DNA of 64,000 nucleotides from positions 1,191-65,190 of the IMG/VR virus record IMGVR_UViG_3300033068_000352, one strand, 5' to 3'. A program made the translations under genes and the position numbers. Each line of letters starts with the position of its first letter. The first letter of the stretch is position 1. This document shows, piece by piece, positions 44,780-54,873 of the stretch. The notes below the pieces were generated by a model, which saw only the letters and a program-made list of their open reading frames with translations, had not been told where the DNA came from and did no database searches. The stretch is from a virus (Duplodnaviria; Caudoviricetes).

Positions 44780-45788
44780 ACTGAGGATTTTCCTCTAAAT
44801 ACGTGAGAAGTGCGAAGGAATGCCAAGCCACAGCCGCAAGGTGATGACTGTTAAGCTCTTCATCAATCTCCTCCCCGTCCCACCACTGAGTGGCATGACG
44901 CATCATGGCAGCATATGACTTGGAAAATTCGTACCCCTTGCGCCATTGATTGTCATCGTATTTCAAGGCCCCAGCGCCGTAGTGCTCGGCTAGCTTGGTC
45001 AGCGCGCCAACAGGGATCAGATCAAACCGGGCCTGCTTGACGCCCTTCTCTGCGCCCGTAGAAGAAACTGAGCGAACCTCACCGCTAAACTTGGGAGCCT
45101 CACGCGTGGCACTAATGGAGCCAAATCCATCATCGACACCCGGCTTGGACTCTGGAATTTTACCCCCCTCCCACGCTTCTCGATTGATCCAAATGCCACG
45201 CTTTACAATCTTAGGGGAATTCTTCGCCAGATAATCAGTAAGCGTTACGATAGACGCCCACTCTTTCCACCGAAAAAGCCGAGTAAGTCCAGTCTTGTAA
45301 CGGTTGTACGGCTGGTTAAAAAGAATCTGAGTCCACTGCGGATCGTAGTCGCCCTTGATATCAGGCTTGTCATCGATCAGGATATCACCGCGCACGGCAG
45401 TCTTGTCCTTGGTAATCACCACGCGATCACCCCAGCCCTTACCGATAACCTCCTCAGCCCATGTGATTTTATCACTGGCACACGTAGGGTTTGTATTCCA
45501 CGGTGAGGATACGAGGGTAACCGTATGACCATCGGCCAGCATCTCGTTTAGTGCTTCGATTGCACCATCAATAGGTTCTAGTTCTGAATAGAAACCGGGA
45601 ATGTCCATAATATCATTGATGATTCCCGACTCTTCTGGAGTACACCCACCATGCAAGTTGAAGCCAACACGATCAGGCTTGCGCTTGATGTTGGCGCTGA
45701 GAGCCTTGTACCACTCATCGTCAAGATAGCTGTCAAAGTTTGCCGACCAGTCTGCTACTGTATCGTCCATATCCACTAGGATGTGCAT
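44736..45788 (-). CDS. HAD 5'(3')-deoxyribonucleotidase fused to a dATP/dGTP diphosphohydrolase-like (DUF5664) domain
   Basis: N-terminal LVDMDDTVAD...LIDDK; C-terminal RFDLIP...GALKYDDNQWRKG...HLAAVAW. Confidence 0.85.
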   Translation of the reverse strand: MHILVDMDDTVADWSANFDSYLDDEWYKALSANIKRKPDRVGFNLHGGCTPEESGIINDIMDIPGFYSELEPIDGAIEALNEMLADGHTVTLVSSPWNTNPTCASDKITWAEEVIGKGWGDRVVITKDKTAVRGDILIDDKPDIKGDYDPQWTQILFNQPYNRYKTGLTRLFRWKEWASIVTLTDYLAKNSPKIVKRGIWINREAWEGGKIPESKPGVDDGFGSISATREAPKFSGEVRSVSSTGAEKGVKQARFDLIPVGALTKLAEHYGAGALKYDDNQWRKGYEFSKSYAAMMRHATQWWDGEEIDEELNSHHLAAVAWHSFALLTYLEENPQFDDRFKKEVSNGTH

Positions 45789-45985
45789 CAGTCATCCAAC
45801 CAATCCTGAAGCGCCTTGGAGATGTTCTGCGTTACCAACGGGAAGATATCATCATACTGCAGATCATCATCCTCAGGTGAATAATTCTCGTCAACGAACT
45901 CCACAAAATCCATGAACTCCAGATCGCGTTCCAAATACTCTACTGTGTAGGCATCCGCAATCTCTTGTGCTAATTCCTTATCCAT
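45788..45985 (-). CDS. Acidic hypothetical protein
   Basis: ORF track. Confidence 0.65.
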   Translation of the reverse strand: MDKELAQEIADAYTVEYLERDLEFMDFVEFVDENYSPEDDDLQYDDIFPLVTQNISKALQDWLDD

Positions 45986-46358
45986 TATTTTCCTCTTCTT
46001 CCTTGATAAACTTCTTCAACTGCGTAGCATTCACTAGACCGATAGTGGCACTATGGCGTCCATATTTGAACGCACCGTCATGCCACACCGCATCGATCTT
46101 CTGCTTGCGTTCACGGTTAACACCCTGAATCCAGTGGTTAACTACCGTCTTCTCCCCGTGCTGCTCACCAGCCCTAGAACCCGTCTTATAGACCTTAGGC
46201 GGCTCATAGAACTTGCTCTGGCCCACTTTGACCTCCCAGCCGTTAGCCTCAGCCAGCTTCACCATATCGCGCGTTGACTTCGAAGTATCAACTACGTTGA
46301 TCTGATGCCCCGGCTCGATGATCTTCACATCTAGATCTTCATTATTCACCAGTATCAA
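45978..46358 (-). CDS. Hypothetical protein
   Basis: ORF track. Confidence 0.7.
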   Translation of the reverse strand: MILVNNEDLDVKIIEPGHQINVVDTSKSTRDMVKLAEANGWEVKVGQSKFYEPPKVYKTGSRAGEQHGEKTVVNHWIQGVNRERKQKIDAVWHDGAFKYGRHSATIGLVNATQLKKFIKEEEENNG

Positions 46359-46797
46359 CTTCCTCCTCCAGTGATTGGAAAATCGGAACCTTGCTGCTGT
46401 GGTTCAGTCCCAGATTCTTACTCAAATTCCTGTACCGCTCTTTCAGCGGGTCTACGGGTTTGATGCCCATCTTCGCCAGCATACTGTCCACCGTTGACGC
46501 TCGAATGTCAATAAGCCCCGGAGTCAGAACCCACTCGATAGCCGCCAGCAGCGCCTCCTCGTTAGCGGGGTCGGGCACGTAGGCATGGTCGCACAGGAAC
46601 GGGCTTTCCTCCCTGATGCACAGTACCCTCGTGGACATATCCGGAGTCAACCGGAGCGGACCTTCAGCGTCCTGACCGAAAGCCCGCTGGGGGACAACCA
46701 GAAAGTCGAAGTCCAGCTTCTGTTTCGCTGCGACAACAAGCTCCCGGTCATCCCCCGTTAAAGGCCATGGGTGGATGTAGAGACTACGTGGTTCCAT
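46342..46797 (-). CDS. Hypothetical protein
   Basis: ORF track. Confidence 0.7.
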   Translation of the reverse strand: MEPRSLYIHPWPLTGDDRELVVAAKQKLDFDFLVVPQRAFGQDAEGPLRLTPDMSTRVLCIREESPFLCDHAYVPDPANEEALLAAIEWVLTPGLIDIRASTVDSMLAKMGIKPVDPLKERYRNLSKNLGLNHSSKVPIFQSLEEEVDTGE

Positions 46798-46988
46798 TAT
46801 GGATTCCTATCGATAACATCAACAGAATACCCGAATAAAACGCCCAGTCGAGCAAAGAGCATTGCGGGATTCCTATGATAATAATGCATCACTGGCCCGG
46901 AATGATATTTGTTACCACGTTTCCACCAACAGACTTGATAGCGCGCATGAACTCGACGCTCTCTGCCGTTGTGTTCGTAGATTGTCAT
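46797..46988 (-). CDS. Hypothetical protein
   Basis: ORF track. Confidence 0.6.
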   Translation of the reverse strand: MTIYEHNGRERRVHARYQVCWWKRGNKYHSGPVMHYYHRNPAMLFARLGVLFGYSVDVIDRNP

Positions 46989-46994
46989 ATCGGA

Positions 46995-47183
46995 CTAATC
47001 CCAAATAGAAATCTGTGCATCATTGGGGATAACTACATAGTTGGTGATCTTCACCAGCGTAGTGTTCCCTTGATATTTCACATCCTCCACCAGAAACCGC
47101 TCACCCTCATACTCGATAGTGGCACCACGATTAGATACTGTCAGCCCTCGTGCGCTGATAGTTCGTTCGAACTTGTTATTCAT
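46995..47183 (-). CDS. Hypothetical protein
   Basis: ORF track. Confidence 0.6.
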   Translation of the reverse strand: MNNKFERTISARGLTVSNRGATIEYEGERFLVEDVKYQGNTTLVKITNYVVIPNDAQISIWD

Positions 47184-47334
47184 TTACTCGCTCCCCAGTG
47201 TTGATGTAATCCCAGTCGATATAGTCATAGCCATCCCAGTTGTCTACACCTTGCACCTCTAATTCCAGAAGTTTGCGGCTATCAAACTTAAGCGATTCAT
47301 ACTCTCGGACAGATATTGAAATACGGTCATCCAT
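47176..47334 (-). CDS. Hypothetical protein
   Basis: Start MDDRIS; GVDNWDGY motif. Confidence 0.65.
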   Translation of the reverse strand: MDDRISISVREYESLKFDSRKLLELEVQGVDNWDGYDYIDWDYINTGERVNE

Positions 47335-47338
47335 TTCA

Positions 47339-48652
47339 TCAAGCAAGACTAGCCTCCTCAGCCTCAATGTCCACAGCCTCAGCATCCAGCATGGCAGTCT
47401 CGTGACCGAGGAAGATCGGAGACTTCGCCTTCAACAGGTACACGCCCTGAGGCCCATCGTATCGCACTACGACACCTTCGTCAACGGTCTTTATGTTAGA
47501 CAAGCGTACAGGTGTATCAGTGAAACTGCCAGCCTCGTTGTCCGACCAGTCATCATAGAACCGGCTGTCGATGAAGCTATCAACCACAAAATCCTCGTGA
47601 CGGACGCGAGTAAACTCGGGCACATGCTTCAGCCCAGTCTCGAATGCGAACTCCTTAACCTGATTCCAACTGAGGTCAACCGTGCGGCCCGCCTCAGTGA
47701 CTACAGCAACGCGGTAGATGTAAAGCTCACTCTGCCCCGGCTCCAGATCATACGTGTAATCCTTCTGGATCGGGGTCTGATCGCTCGTCCACCCGACAAG
47801 CTCACCGTAGACGATGAAGTTGTCCGGGATAAGGTCATGCAGCTTCTTGCCCCACTCGCTCCACAGGTCGGTCAGGTAGAAGTGGTTCTTACCCTCCTCC
47901 AGTTCACCGTCGATGGACTTGACCACCATCCGTGAACCCGCCACCAACTGCGTCTGCTTATCAGCGACACGAACACCCAGCTTGCGTGCGATCTTCTCCA
48001 GCCACGTCAAATCCTGAGTGACCGGAACCTTGCCCCAACGCCCGGAGGTACCATGCAGCTTCTGAGTAATGATCACTTCTGCATCAGAGGGAATCTTGTC
48101 CGAGTTGCGCCAGTAGTTGTCCGTGTCGATGTGGACAGGGAACACCTTCAGGTCAACCCGCTTGATCTTCGCGGACGGGCCACGGTTCACACCGGGTTCC
48201 TTGAGTACATACTTGCGGCAAATCTCATGGTCACCGATCTTGTCAAAGGTGTCACCCGGAGCAGGGTGAAAACCAGCCCAATCCTTGACGGGAACGAGTT
48301 CGTAGAGATAATTGAGCGCACTCAGCGGAATGAAGAACGCATTGCTCGCGTGCCCACGGAAACGCAGAGCCTTCACCCTACGATTGTCCTCGAAGTAACC
48401 CTTCTCATTCGGGTCAGCGTTGCGGTCGGTGTGACGATGAAGATTATTCATCTTTGCGAATTCCTCAGACAACTGAGTCTCAGCAGGGAAGAACAGACCG
48501 ATATCGCCCACCTTCACGGACTTGTCCACGATGGCCTGAAGCCCGAAGACGCTCAACCCTTGCACATTGTCGCAATTCTCCAACTCGCGCAGAGCCTTAA
48601 CCTCCACGACGACTGCCGCGTAATTCTCGTTGATCGGTTTATCTAGCTTCAA
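47339..48652 (-). CDS. RNA ligase (Rnl2-like) with an N-terminal OB-like domain
   Basis: TQKLHGTS, VYGEL, DEGVVVR, LKAKS ligase motifs. Confidence 0.9.
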   Translation of the reverse strand: MKLDKPINENYAAVVVEVKALRELENCDNVQGLSVFGLQAIVDKSVKVGDIGLFFPAETQLSEEFAKMNNLHRHTDRNADPNEKGYFEDNRRVKALRFRGHASNAFFIPLSALNYLYELVPVKDWAGFHPAPGDTFDKIGDHEICRKYVLKEPGVNRGPSAKIKRVDLKVFPVHIDTDNYWRNSDKIPSDAEVIITQKLHGTSGRWGKVPVTQDLTWLEKIARKLGVRVADKQTQLVAGSRMVVKSIDGELEEGKNHFYLTDLWSEWGKKLHDLIPDNFIVYGELVGWTSDQTPIQKDYTYDLEPGQSELYIYRVAVVTEAGRTVDLSWNQVKEFAFETGLKHVPEFTRVRHEDFVVDSFIDSRFYDDWSDNEAGSFTDTPVRLSNIKTVDEGVVVRYDGPQGVYLLKAKSPIFLGHETAMLDAEAVDIEAEEASLA

Positions 48653-48819
48653 TCTTCCGCCTCCTCAATCCAATAGTTCCCGCTGTCGCGCACGGTGATT
48701 ACCTTGTCTGGCTCATCTTCAATCTGAAGCTCCATATAGTTGCCACCGATTTCATTCACTGTAGCATAAAAAGTTACCTTGACGCGAGTTCCTTCTTCGA
48801 CATTTCCATCAATGTTCAC
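48649..48819 (-). CDS. Hypothetical protein, 56 aa
   Basis: VNIDGNVEEGTRVKVTF..., found manually. Confidence 0.55.
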   Translation of the reverse strand: MNIDGNVEEGTRVKVTFYATVNEIGGNYMELQIEDEPDKVITVRDSGNYWIEEAED

Positions 48820-49006
48820 TTATAATCTCTTTCATGCTATAGGACGGTCCACCAGTCTGCATGAACAAACGCCAAGAGTCAACACCCAACACTCCACCCG
48901 GCTTCAGAACCTCAGGACGGCTCACCTTCTGGGTGGCGATATGGAACGCCTCATCCCAATTGTCTGCAAGAATCTCAATTTCCAGACGATACAAATGCTT
49001 ACTCAT
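48809..49006 (-). CDS. Hypothetical protein
   Basis: ORF track. Confidence 0.65.
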   Translation of the reverse strand: MSKHLYRLEIEILADNWDEAFHIATQKVSRPEVLKPGGVLGVDSWRLFMQTGGPSYSMKEIISEH

Positions 49007-49116
49007 ACTTCTCCTCCAACTTATTAAACCTCTTCAGCAGCTTCTTCGCGCTGATCTTCTTGCCCAGCTTCGCCTTGTTCTGGAACCAGTACCGCAGTTC
49101 CCACAGGATTTGCTCC

Positions 49117-49863
49117 CTATCCACGATCCATCATCCTCCACTCAGTCTCGTAAATTCCATGCAGCATCTTATTGATACCAGTCACGTCAGGTTCGTCGGG
49201 TAACGTAGACAGGTTAATATCTGCCCGCAGATTCTTCTCCAGCTTATACGACCAATCGAGCATTTCCTGCTTGTCAATCTCACCGTTACGAATCTGCAAC
49301 AATTCATTGACGTTCTGAGGAATCATGGGGAGGCTAATCCTCTGAGTATTCATAACCTCGATGCCCTGAATTCCCAACCGTAGCATATGATACGCGAACT
49401 TGGTATCGTAACCGTGCTTATGCACAAGCTCAGGGCGGTTGGTCTTCTTATTGCGAGTGCCCAGCAGTGCATTGCGCTGGGAAATCATATACCCAAGGAA
49501 ACGCTCACCGACCTGCTTAGATAGAAACATCCTCTTATTCATCAGCAGGTTCAATCCACTGGCCGTAAGCACCTCGTACTTGTCCTCCTGCCCGAACAGA
49601 ACGGTAAGCACTGTAGGGTTTCCCTTGGCTGCGAGCGCCGCCCATTTACGCAGAGGATACAGAACCGTGTCGTGATCCACCGCAGTAGAGCGTGTACCCT
49701 TGACGGCAGACTTGCGCTCCTGAGTGTCCATGTGCAGGATACCAGTGACATACTCTTTAGGCTCCACGAACACGCCCATGAAATCGCTGTCAGAATCGAC
49801 AGTGTTGGTGCCGTGAGCGCGAGAACCGTACTCCATCTTTAGGATTATTCTTTCGTCACTCAA
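49117..49863 (-). CDS. Pol-beta-superfamily nucleotidyltransferase
   Basis: GSRAHGTNTVDSDSDFMG, KGNP..L..L, YDTKFAYH.LRL. Confidence 0.88.
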   Translation of the reverse strand: MSDERIILKMEYGSRAHGTNTVDSDSDFMGVFVEPKEYVTGILHMDTQERKSAVKGTRSTAVDHDTVLYPLRKWAALAAKGNPTVLTVLFGQEDKYEVLTASGLNLLMNKRMFLSKQVGERFLGYMISQRNALLGTRNKKTNRPELVHKHGYDTKFAYHMLRLGIQGIEVMNTQRISLPMIPQNVNELLQIRNGEIDKQEMLDWSYKLEKNLRADINLSTLPDEPDVTGINKMLHGIYETEWRMMDRG

Positions 49864-50024
49864 CCCATTCCTCCACTTTCTCCGGGTAAAACTGCATCAT
49901 CCAGTCAACGAAACCGTCAGCCTCTTGGCCCATTTCATCTTTTAACCAATCGACACATGCCGTCAAGTCCCAGTCGGATTCGGACAGTAGCGTGTGATAA
50001 AGGCTATCGAAAACTCTAGGCGTG

Positions 50025-50255
50025 TTAATCATTCTTTGTCACCGTATAGCCCTTCCCTCGCATGAATTCTGCCACAATCTCCAACTCGACGTTATGTTCA
50101 ATCTCCATCATCTTCTGTATAGTGTCACGCATAACCTCTTGAATGTCAAGGTTAAACTTATAGCCCGATACGTCTACGTTCCAACGGAATTTTGGCTTTA
50201 CCGGTTCCAGCGAAACCCAACCCTCATCATCCTTAAAAAGAAACTTAGAAGTCAC
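50025..50255 (-). CDS. Hypothetical protein
   Basis: ORF track. Confidence 0.6.
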   Translation of the reverse strand: MTSKFLFKDDEGWVSLEPVKPKFRWNVDVSGYKFNLDIQEVMRDTIQKMMEIEHNVELEIVAEFMRGKGYTVTKND

Positions 50256-51147
50256 CCGGGGCCACCTGTAGACACTTCAAACCCTTAGCCCGCCACATGT
50301 TCACAACCCGGTCACGGTCATCCAGAATGAAATCCACGTTGTACCGGCCAGCAATGTGCTTCTCAAACAATTCGTTCTTCACGATGGCATCATTGCGAGT
50401 GTCGCCAGCCGAACGCATGTACAGCGCCTCATAAAAGTTGAACCTATTGGCATGTAGCCACTTATCTGTAGCCTCTCGGTAGGCATCATCACGGCCAGAG
50501 AGCACAATCACATCAGCGTTCTCCGACTGCGCCCACCAGAAAGACAGACGACCCAGAACCTCATCGAAACGGTCAAGGTGATACTTCGTGTCATCGTAGG
50601 GACCGCGCCTATCGTCCATGTGCGCCAACGTGCCATCGATATCCACGATGATGCAGTGCGGTAGCCCCGGCGTGTAAACGTAAGGCTCAAACGCCGTTGA
50701 CGCTTTAGCGTCAATAGTGGGGATAGGCGGCATCTTGCCGTTGGGGGTGTAGCGGTCGAAAAATGACTTGATTACCTTGTAACCGACACGGCGATCACGC
50801 CCAAGATCACGAGTGACGGCATCCTCGTAGGTGATCGGGAAGTCCTTGAACTCCACCTCCGCACCAAACTCAGCCGCCAGCTTCAATGTCTTCTTCACAT
50901 AGCTCGCCGCAAGGTTAGTGTTATCAAGCACCACGTCTTTACCGGCCTTCAGTAAAGCCCGCAGGCTTGCATCCTGCACCTTCGTGACAGCAAGCTCATC
51001 GACACCCCAATACTTGCCGAACAACTGGTAACGGATATCATCACGGTTGACCCGCGCACGAGTCTCCGGAGACTCAGAAACCCACAGTAGGGCGTCGGTT
51101 GTCTTACCGGAGGCCGGAATGCCGCGCTGAATTCTAAGCTTACTCAT
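50245..51147 (-). CDS. pseT: Polynucleotide 5'-kinase/3'-phosphatase (T4 PseT-like)
   Basis: GIPASGKTT and NRDDIR kinase motifs; DIDGT and DDR phosphatase motifs; 300 aa. Confidence 0.93.
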   Translation of the reverse strand: MSKLRIQRGIPASGKTTDALLWVSESPETRARVNRDDIRYQLFGKYWGVDELAVTKVQDASLRALLKAGKDVVLDNTNLAASYVKKTLKLAAEFGAEVEFKDFPITYEDAVTRDLGRDRRVGYKVIKSFFDRYTPNGKMPPIPTIDAKASTAFEPYVYTPGLPHCIIVDIDGTLAHMDDRRGPYDDTKYHLDRFDEVLGRLSFWWAQSENADVIVLSGRDDAYREATDKWLHANRFNFYEALYMRSAGDTRNDAIVKNELFEKHIAGRYNVDFILDDRDRVVNMWRAKGLKCLQVAPGDF

Positions 51148-51293
51148 CTTTACTCCTCTTATCCAGTGCAACTGCCAACAAACCGGCACCCAGCGAGACA
51201 ATTGCTGCACGAACTTCATCTGTCGCAATATATGCGATCAGAAATATCACTGCAACAAACAGCAGAAAGCCCTCTGCGATCCACCGAAGAATC

Positions 51294-51476
51294 TTACTCA
51301 TGTACTTCTCTCCCCTCAACGAATGTCATAGTCTGCACGCTATCATCCTTCGATAGTGCAATGCTAGCCTCAGCCTCCATCAACATCCACATATCTGTGG
51401 TACTGGGAAGTCGGCCAAACTCTTTTTTGAATGCTAGCACAAGTTCCGTCCAGCGCTTCTCATTGTACTTGTCCAT
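51294..51476 (-). CDS. Hypothetical protein
   Basis: Start MDKYNE. Confidence 0.6.
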   Translation of the reverse strand: MDKYNEKRWTELVLAFKKEFGRLPSTTDMWMLMEAEASIALSKDDSVQTMTFVEGREVHE

Positions 51477-51994
51477 TACTGCTCCATCACCCACTTCTCG
51501 AATGCCGGGTTACACAGAACTGCTGGGGAGCGCTTGGCCCGCATCAACTCTACAGCCTCAGCACCAGTCGAAACCTCACCAGACAGTAGGAGAGCTTTAG
51601 CAACCGCCAGTGATGAACGGTTAAGCCCAGCCCGACAATGAACTAGCACACGGCCAGAATCCCGGCACAGGTTAATCCACTGCGCGAGAAGATCGACCTG
51701 CTCGAACGTCTGATCGATAGAGTCATTCATGCTGACCACGACATTAGACCGGAGGCTGTGCTTCACGTCATAGCTCTTACGAGCATACACGTTCACTACA
51801 TGCTTGAATGTATCGGGAAGCAGTAGCCCAGTCTCAACGCCACCCTGCCAAAGATTGGGAGCCACTTCGGTGATGAATGGCATATCCAGCGCGATATCAC
51901 CGTGCATTGTGACGCCAGTGATGCGCAAGGTGAATGGATTGCGCGGATTCCCTCCCTGTGCCTTCAAATCAAATGCTGTCGGATCGCTGTTCAT
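51476..51994 (-). CDS. Cys-based dual-specificity phosphatase
   Basis: VLVHCRAGLNRS (HCx5R). Confidence 0.9.
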   Translation of the reverse strand: MNSDPTAFDLKAQGGNPRNPFTLRITGVTMHGDIALDMPFITEVAPNLWQGGVETGLLLPDTFKHVVNVYARKSYDVKHSLRSNVVVSMNDSIDQTFEQVDLLAQWINLCRDSGRVLVHCRAGLNRSSLAVAKALLLSGEVSTGAEAVELMRAKRSPAVLCNPAFEKWVMEQ

Positions 51995-52347
51995 ATTGCC
52001 TCTTCCTCTAAAGCCTTGCGTTTACGTTCGAAATATCTCATAGCCCTAAGCTCATGGTTCTTCTTCAAAGTCATGGGGGTAAGATGTGCTGGTCGCCAGC
52101 AGTCCCTATTCACACAACTATGATCAAGTGTAGGCTTATCCTCCGGAATGTCAAGTGGTTCCTTCCGAAGAGTCAAATCATCATTCAACCATACATATGT
52201 GATACGGTGCCCCTGCCGCCACTGCCCACGATACCAGAATCTCCGGTAGCCTCGACAGTCCGGCTTGGAGGTAAGAGCCTCGTAGCATCCGTCCGGGTGG
52301 CCGAAGTACAGCTTAGAGATTAGCCTAGCATGTTCCTTCTCATTCAT
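51991..52347 (-). CDS. HNH endonuclease-like protein
   Basis: GHRITY...TLDHSCVNRDCWRPAHL. Confidence 0.8.
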   Translation of the reverse strand: MNEKEHARLISKLYFGHPDGCYEALTSKPDCRGYRRFWYRGQWRQGHRITYVWLNDDLTLRKEPLDIPEDKPTLDHSCVNRDCWRPAHLTPMTLKKNHELRAMRYFERKRKALEEEAI

Positions 52348-54724
52348 CCTTCACCACCGCGATCATCTTGCCCGTAGTCCCGCCGCCATACTCACGCAAG
52401 CGGCCCTGAGCAATCAGCGAGCCAATCATCTGCTCCATACGAACTCCCTCAACATGCTTGAACTTACGAAGCAACCGCTCACGCTTAGCCTCATGGAACG
52501 GCAGGCCATCAAGGAACGCCTCAATCTCATCCGTAGCCCGCTGCCAATCACTCGCCACAATCTGGCGGGCAACAATAGCAAGACTGGAGGTCCACTCCTC
52601 AGCGGCCTTCAGGGCCAGCAAGATATCCCGCACCTCGATCACCGTGCGCCCCTCACTGAGCACCAGCATGGAAGCAGCCTTGCGGATCATAACACCCATA
52701 CGCACAAGGGCAGGCTGAAGAATCTCAAAGTTCGGATCACGCTCGAACATCTTATTCAACTGCCACTTAGCATCCTGAATACGCTTTGACGCCATAGTGT
52801 CAATCCTCACAGGGGTCGTAAGCTCTCCCGTGTCCTCCTGTACGAACCTACGTGCCACAGAAAGCTCACAAGCCCCCTGACGGCTGTACGGATCAAATCC
52901 AAGGCGAACCTCATCGCCCTCTGAATCCTCTTCCGCCATCGATTCATAGGAAACCTCACGCGGCCACCCCAGAGCCCAGATAAAGCGCGCAAGAAAACCG
53001 GACAAGAACAAATCACGGTTGAGCAAAGCTATCATGGCATCAGGAGTTGCCTGCAAGTGCATGACAAAATGTGTACGAGCTCCCTTAGCTCCAGTGCCAT
53101 CCTTGTCACTGGTGCGAAGCTGCGCCGAAACCCAGCCATCGTAGTAGTCCGCCAAATCTTCTAGCAATCCGCTAGACCAGTCGGCACCAATCCATGTCTT
53201 CATCGCCCCATGGGCCTCATCCCTATTGAAGAACGAAAGCTGATCGTCGCGTTCCAGAAGCTTCTTAGTCAACGCCGAAGGTGACGGGTTACCACCGATG
53301 TTGAACCCCGGATCGTTCAGGAACAATTCCTTAAGGTACATCATCATCAGTTTACGCTCGGCGGACTTGCCCGAGGTTGTTTCACCGAGGATCATCCCGA
53401 AGCTATTCAGGCCCTCCCGACCGTTCTTACGAGGGATGAAGCCCAAAGTGGATGCCCAGCACGATAGCACCGTCCATGCGTTCATGGTAGTGTACGGCGT
53501 GTTCTGCCGGGTAACACGGGTAGCCGCGTGCGCCACATAACGATCGATCATGGTGACCTCATGCTCAATAGACTTGCGCTCGGCGTCAGTCAAAAGAACT
53601 ACGTTAGTGGAGGTGAAACCATCCTCATCCTCGGTGGGGCCAGTGATCCCCTCACCTTTCTCATAGGACATATCAGCACGAATCTTGGCAATCTGCTCAC
53701 GAAGGTAGCTAATACCCCAGTCGCGTGCATACACCTGTGTAGCAGGCGCAGACCACACGAGACTCGCCACTACGTCATCATCGTCCAGTCCGTCAGCAAT
53801 ACAAGCCCGGATCAGTTTGAAGTACCCAGTCTTCCCCTTAGGCTCAGCCATAAGAAGGTCAACCAGCTTAATACTGGCAGCATCTACTGATTCTCCGTAG
53901 GGCGGCAGTGAGGAAATATCATCATCAGCCTCACCGGCCTTGCGAATTGCTCCGAAGATTGCATCCTGAAGCTCTTTCTTAAGCTCGGGAGAATCGTAGG
54001 GTGGTTTCACCCAGCGCCGCCATAGCTCATCAAAGGCCCAATCTACTCCCGTGTGCCCTTCAGCGGCCAAACGGACCAGACGGTAGGTGATCCCAATAAC
54101 TTCTTGGTGCCCGAAGTCACTCATGGGCAGGTTGTCAATGATTCCGCGTACAGTCTCAGTAGGCTCGCCTAGCGGGATAGACGCGAACCAGTCATCAACG
54201 TCGCCCGTGAACCCAGTATGAACCTGACCGTCAGAAGCCAAGTCCAGCAACCAACTTGGGGGCGCAGCCAGGGCGTCCCGGTTATCAGGGGAGTCGCCCC
54301 AGAAAACTACGTAGCTACTGCCGCTCTTGCGGTCGATGCCCTCCATGCGCCGGTACCGGTTCTGCGGTGCGAGGAACGGAGAGTCGGCAAGATCATACAG
54401 GTAGTGCCTGCCCTTGCCGGAGCGTGAAGGATATGAGAATGTCTCAGGAATAGGCAAGAAGCCCAAAGAATCGTAACCGGACTTATCCTCGTCCACGTCC
54501 ACATCGAGCACAACCAGTTCACTAGCACCCGTGTGGATTCCAACCTCAGCGGTGGGAAAGTCCACAGAGAACCACGTAGCCAACCGCTCAGGGTCAGTGG
54601 TCGCGTCCCGGTGCCCGTTCTCGAACACGTCTTTCTGGTAGTAGGGCTGCTTGGTTTCACCGTTCACGGGGAAGCAGTAGAAGCCCAGTGCCGCCAGCTT
54701 CAAAGCTTTCTCAGTGTTTGTCAT
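52340..54724 (-). CDS. Bifunctional primase-polymerase fused to a helicase-like NTPase domain
   Basis: CFPV...VGIHTG..LVVLDVD...GRHYLY; C-terminal GETTSGKS and RDEAHG. Confidence 0.88.
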   Translation of the reverse strand: MTNTEKALKLAALGFYCFPVNGETKQPYYQKDVFENGHRDATTDPERLATWFSVDFPTAEVGIHTGASELVVLDVDVDEDKSGYDSLGFLPIPETFSYPSRSGKGRHYLYDLADSPFLAPQNRYRRMEGIDRKSGSSYVVFWGDSPDNRDALAAPPSWLLDLASDGQVHTGFTGDVDDWFASIPLGEPTETVRGIIDNLPMSDFGHQEVIGITYRLVRLAAEGHTGVDWAFDELWRRWVKPPYDSPELKKELQDAIFGAIRKAGEADDDISSLPPYGESVDAASIKLVDLLMAEPKGKTGYFKLIRACIADGLDDDDVVASLVWSAPATQVYARDWGISYLREQIAKIRADMSYEKGEGITGPTEDEDGFTSTNVVLLTDAERKSIEHEVTMIDRYVAHAATRVTRQNTPYTTMNAWTVLSCWASTLGFIPRKNGREGLNSFGMILGETTSGKSAERKLMMMYLKELFLNDPGFNIGGNPSPSALTKKLLERDDQLSFFNRDEAHGAMKTWIGADWSSGLLEDLADYYDGWVSAQLRTSDKDGTGAKGARTHFVMHLQATPDAMIALLNRDLFLSGFLARFIWALGWPREVSYESMAEEDSEGDEVRLGFDPYSRQGACELSVARRFVQEDTGELTTPVRIDTMASKRIQDAKWQLNKMFERDPNFEILQPALVRMGVMIRKAASMLVLSEGRTVIEVRDILLALKAAEEWTSSLAIVARQIVASDWQRATDEIEAFLDGLPFHEAKRERLLRKFKHVEGVRMEQMIGSLIAQGRLREYGGGTTGKMIAVVKDE

Positions 54725-54798
54725 AAAACCATACTCCCCTTAGTGTTGAACTACCAGTTTACATCTTCACATCGGTTGCGTATGTTCTGTCCTTGTTG

Positions 54799-54873
54799 TC
54801 GCGCCCGTCAGACTCGAACTGACACTGTACCGATTTTGAGTCGGTTGCCTCCTGCCATTTGGGCTAGAGCGCG
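54799..54873 (-). tRNA. trnL: tRNA-Leu(CAA) with a short variable loop
   Basis: CGCGCTC/GGGCGCG acceptor; ACCGA-CTCAAAA-TCGGT; 5-nt variable region; A73. Confidence 0.88.

Noticed and set aside
44736-45788. Z-genome (2-aminoadenine) pathway
   Set aside because: No PurZ or dedicated polymerase in the window; cannot be supported.
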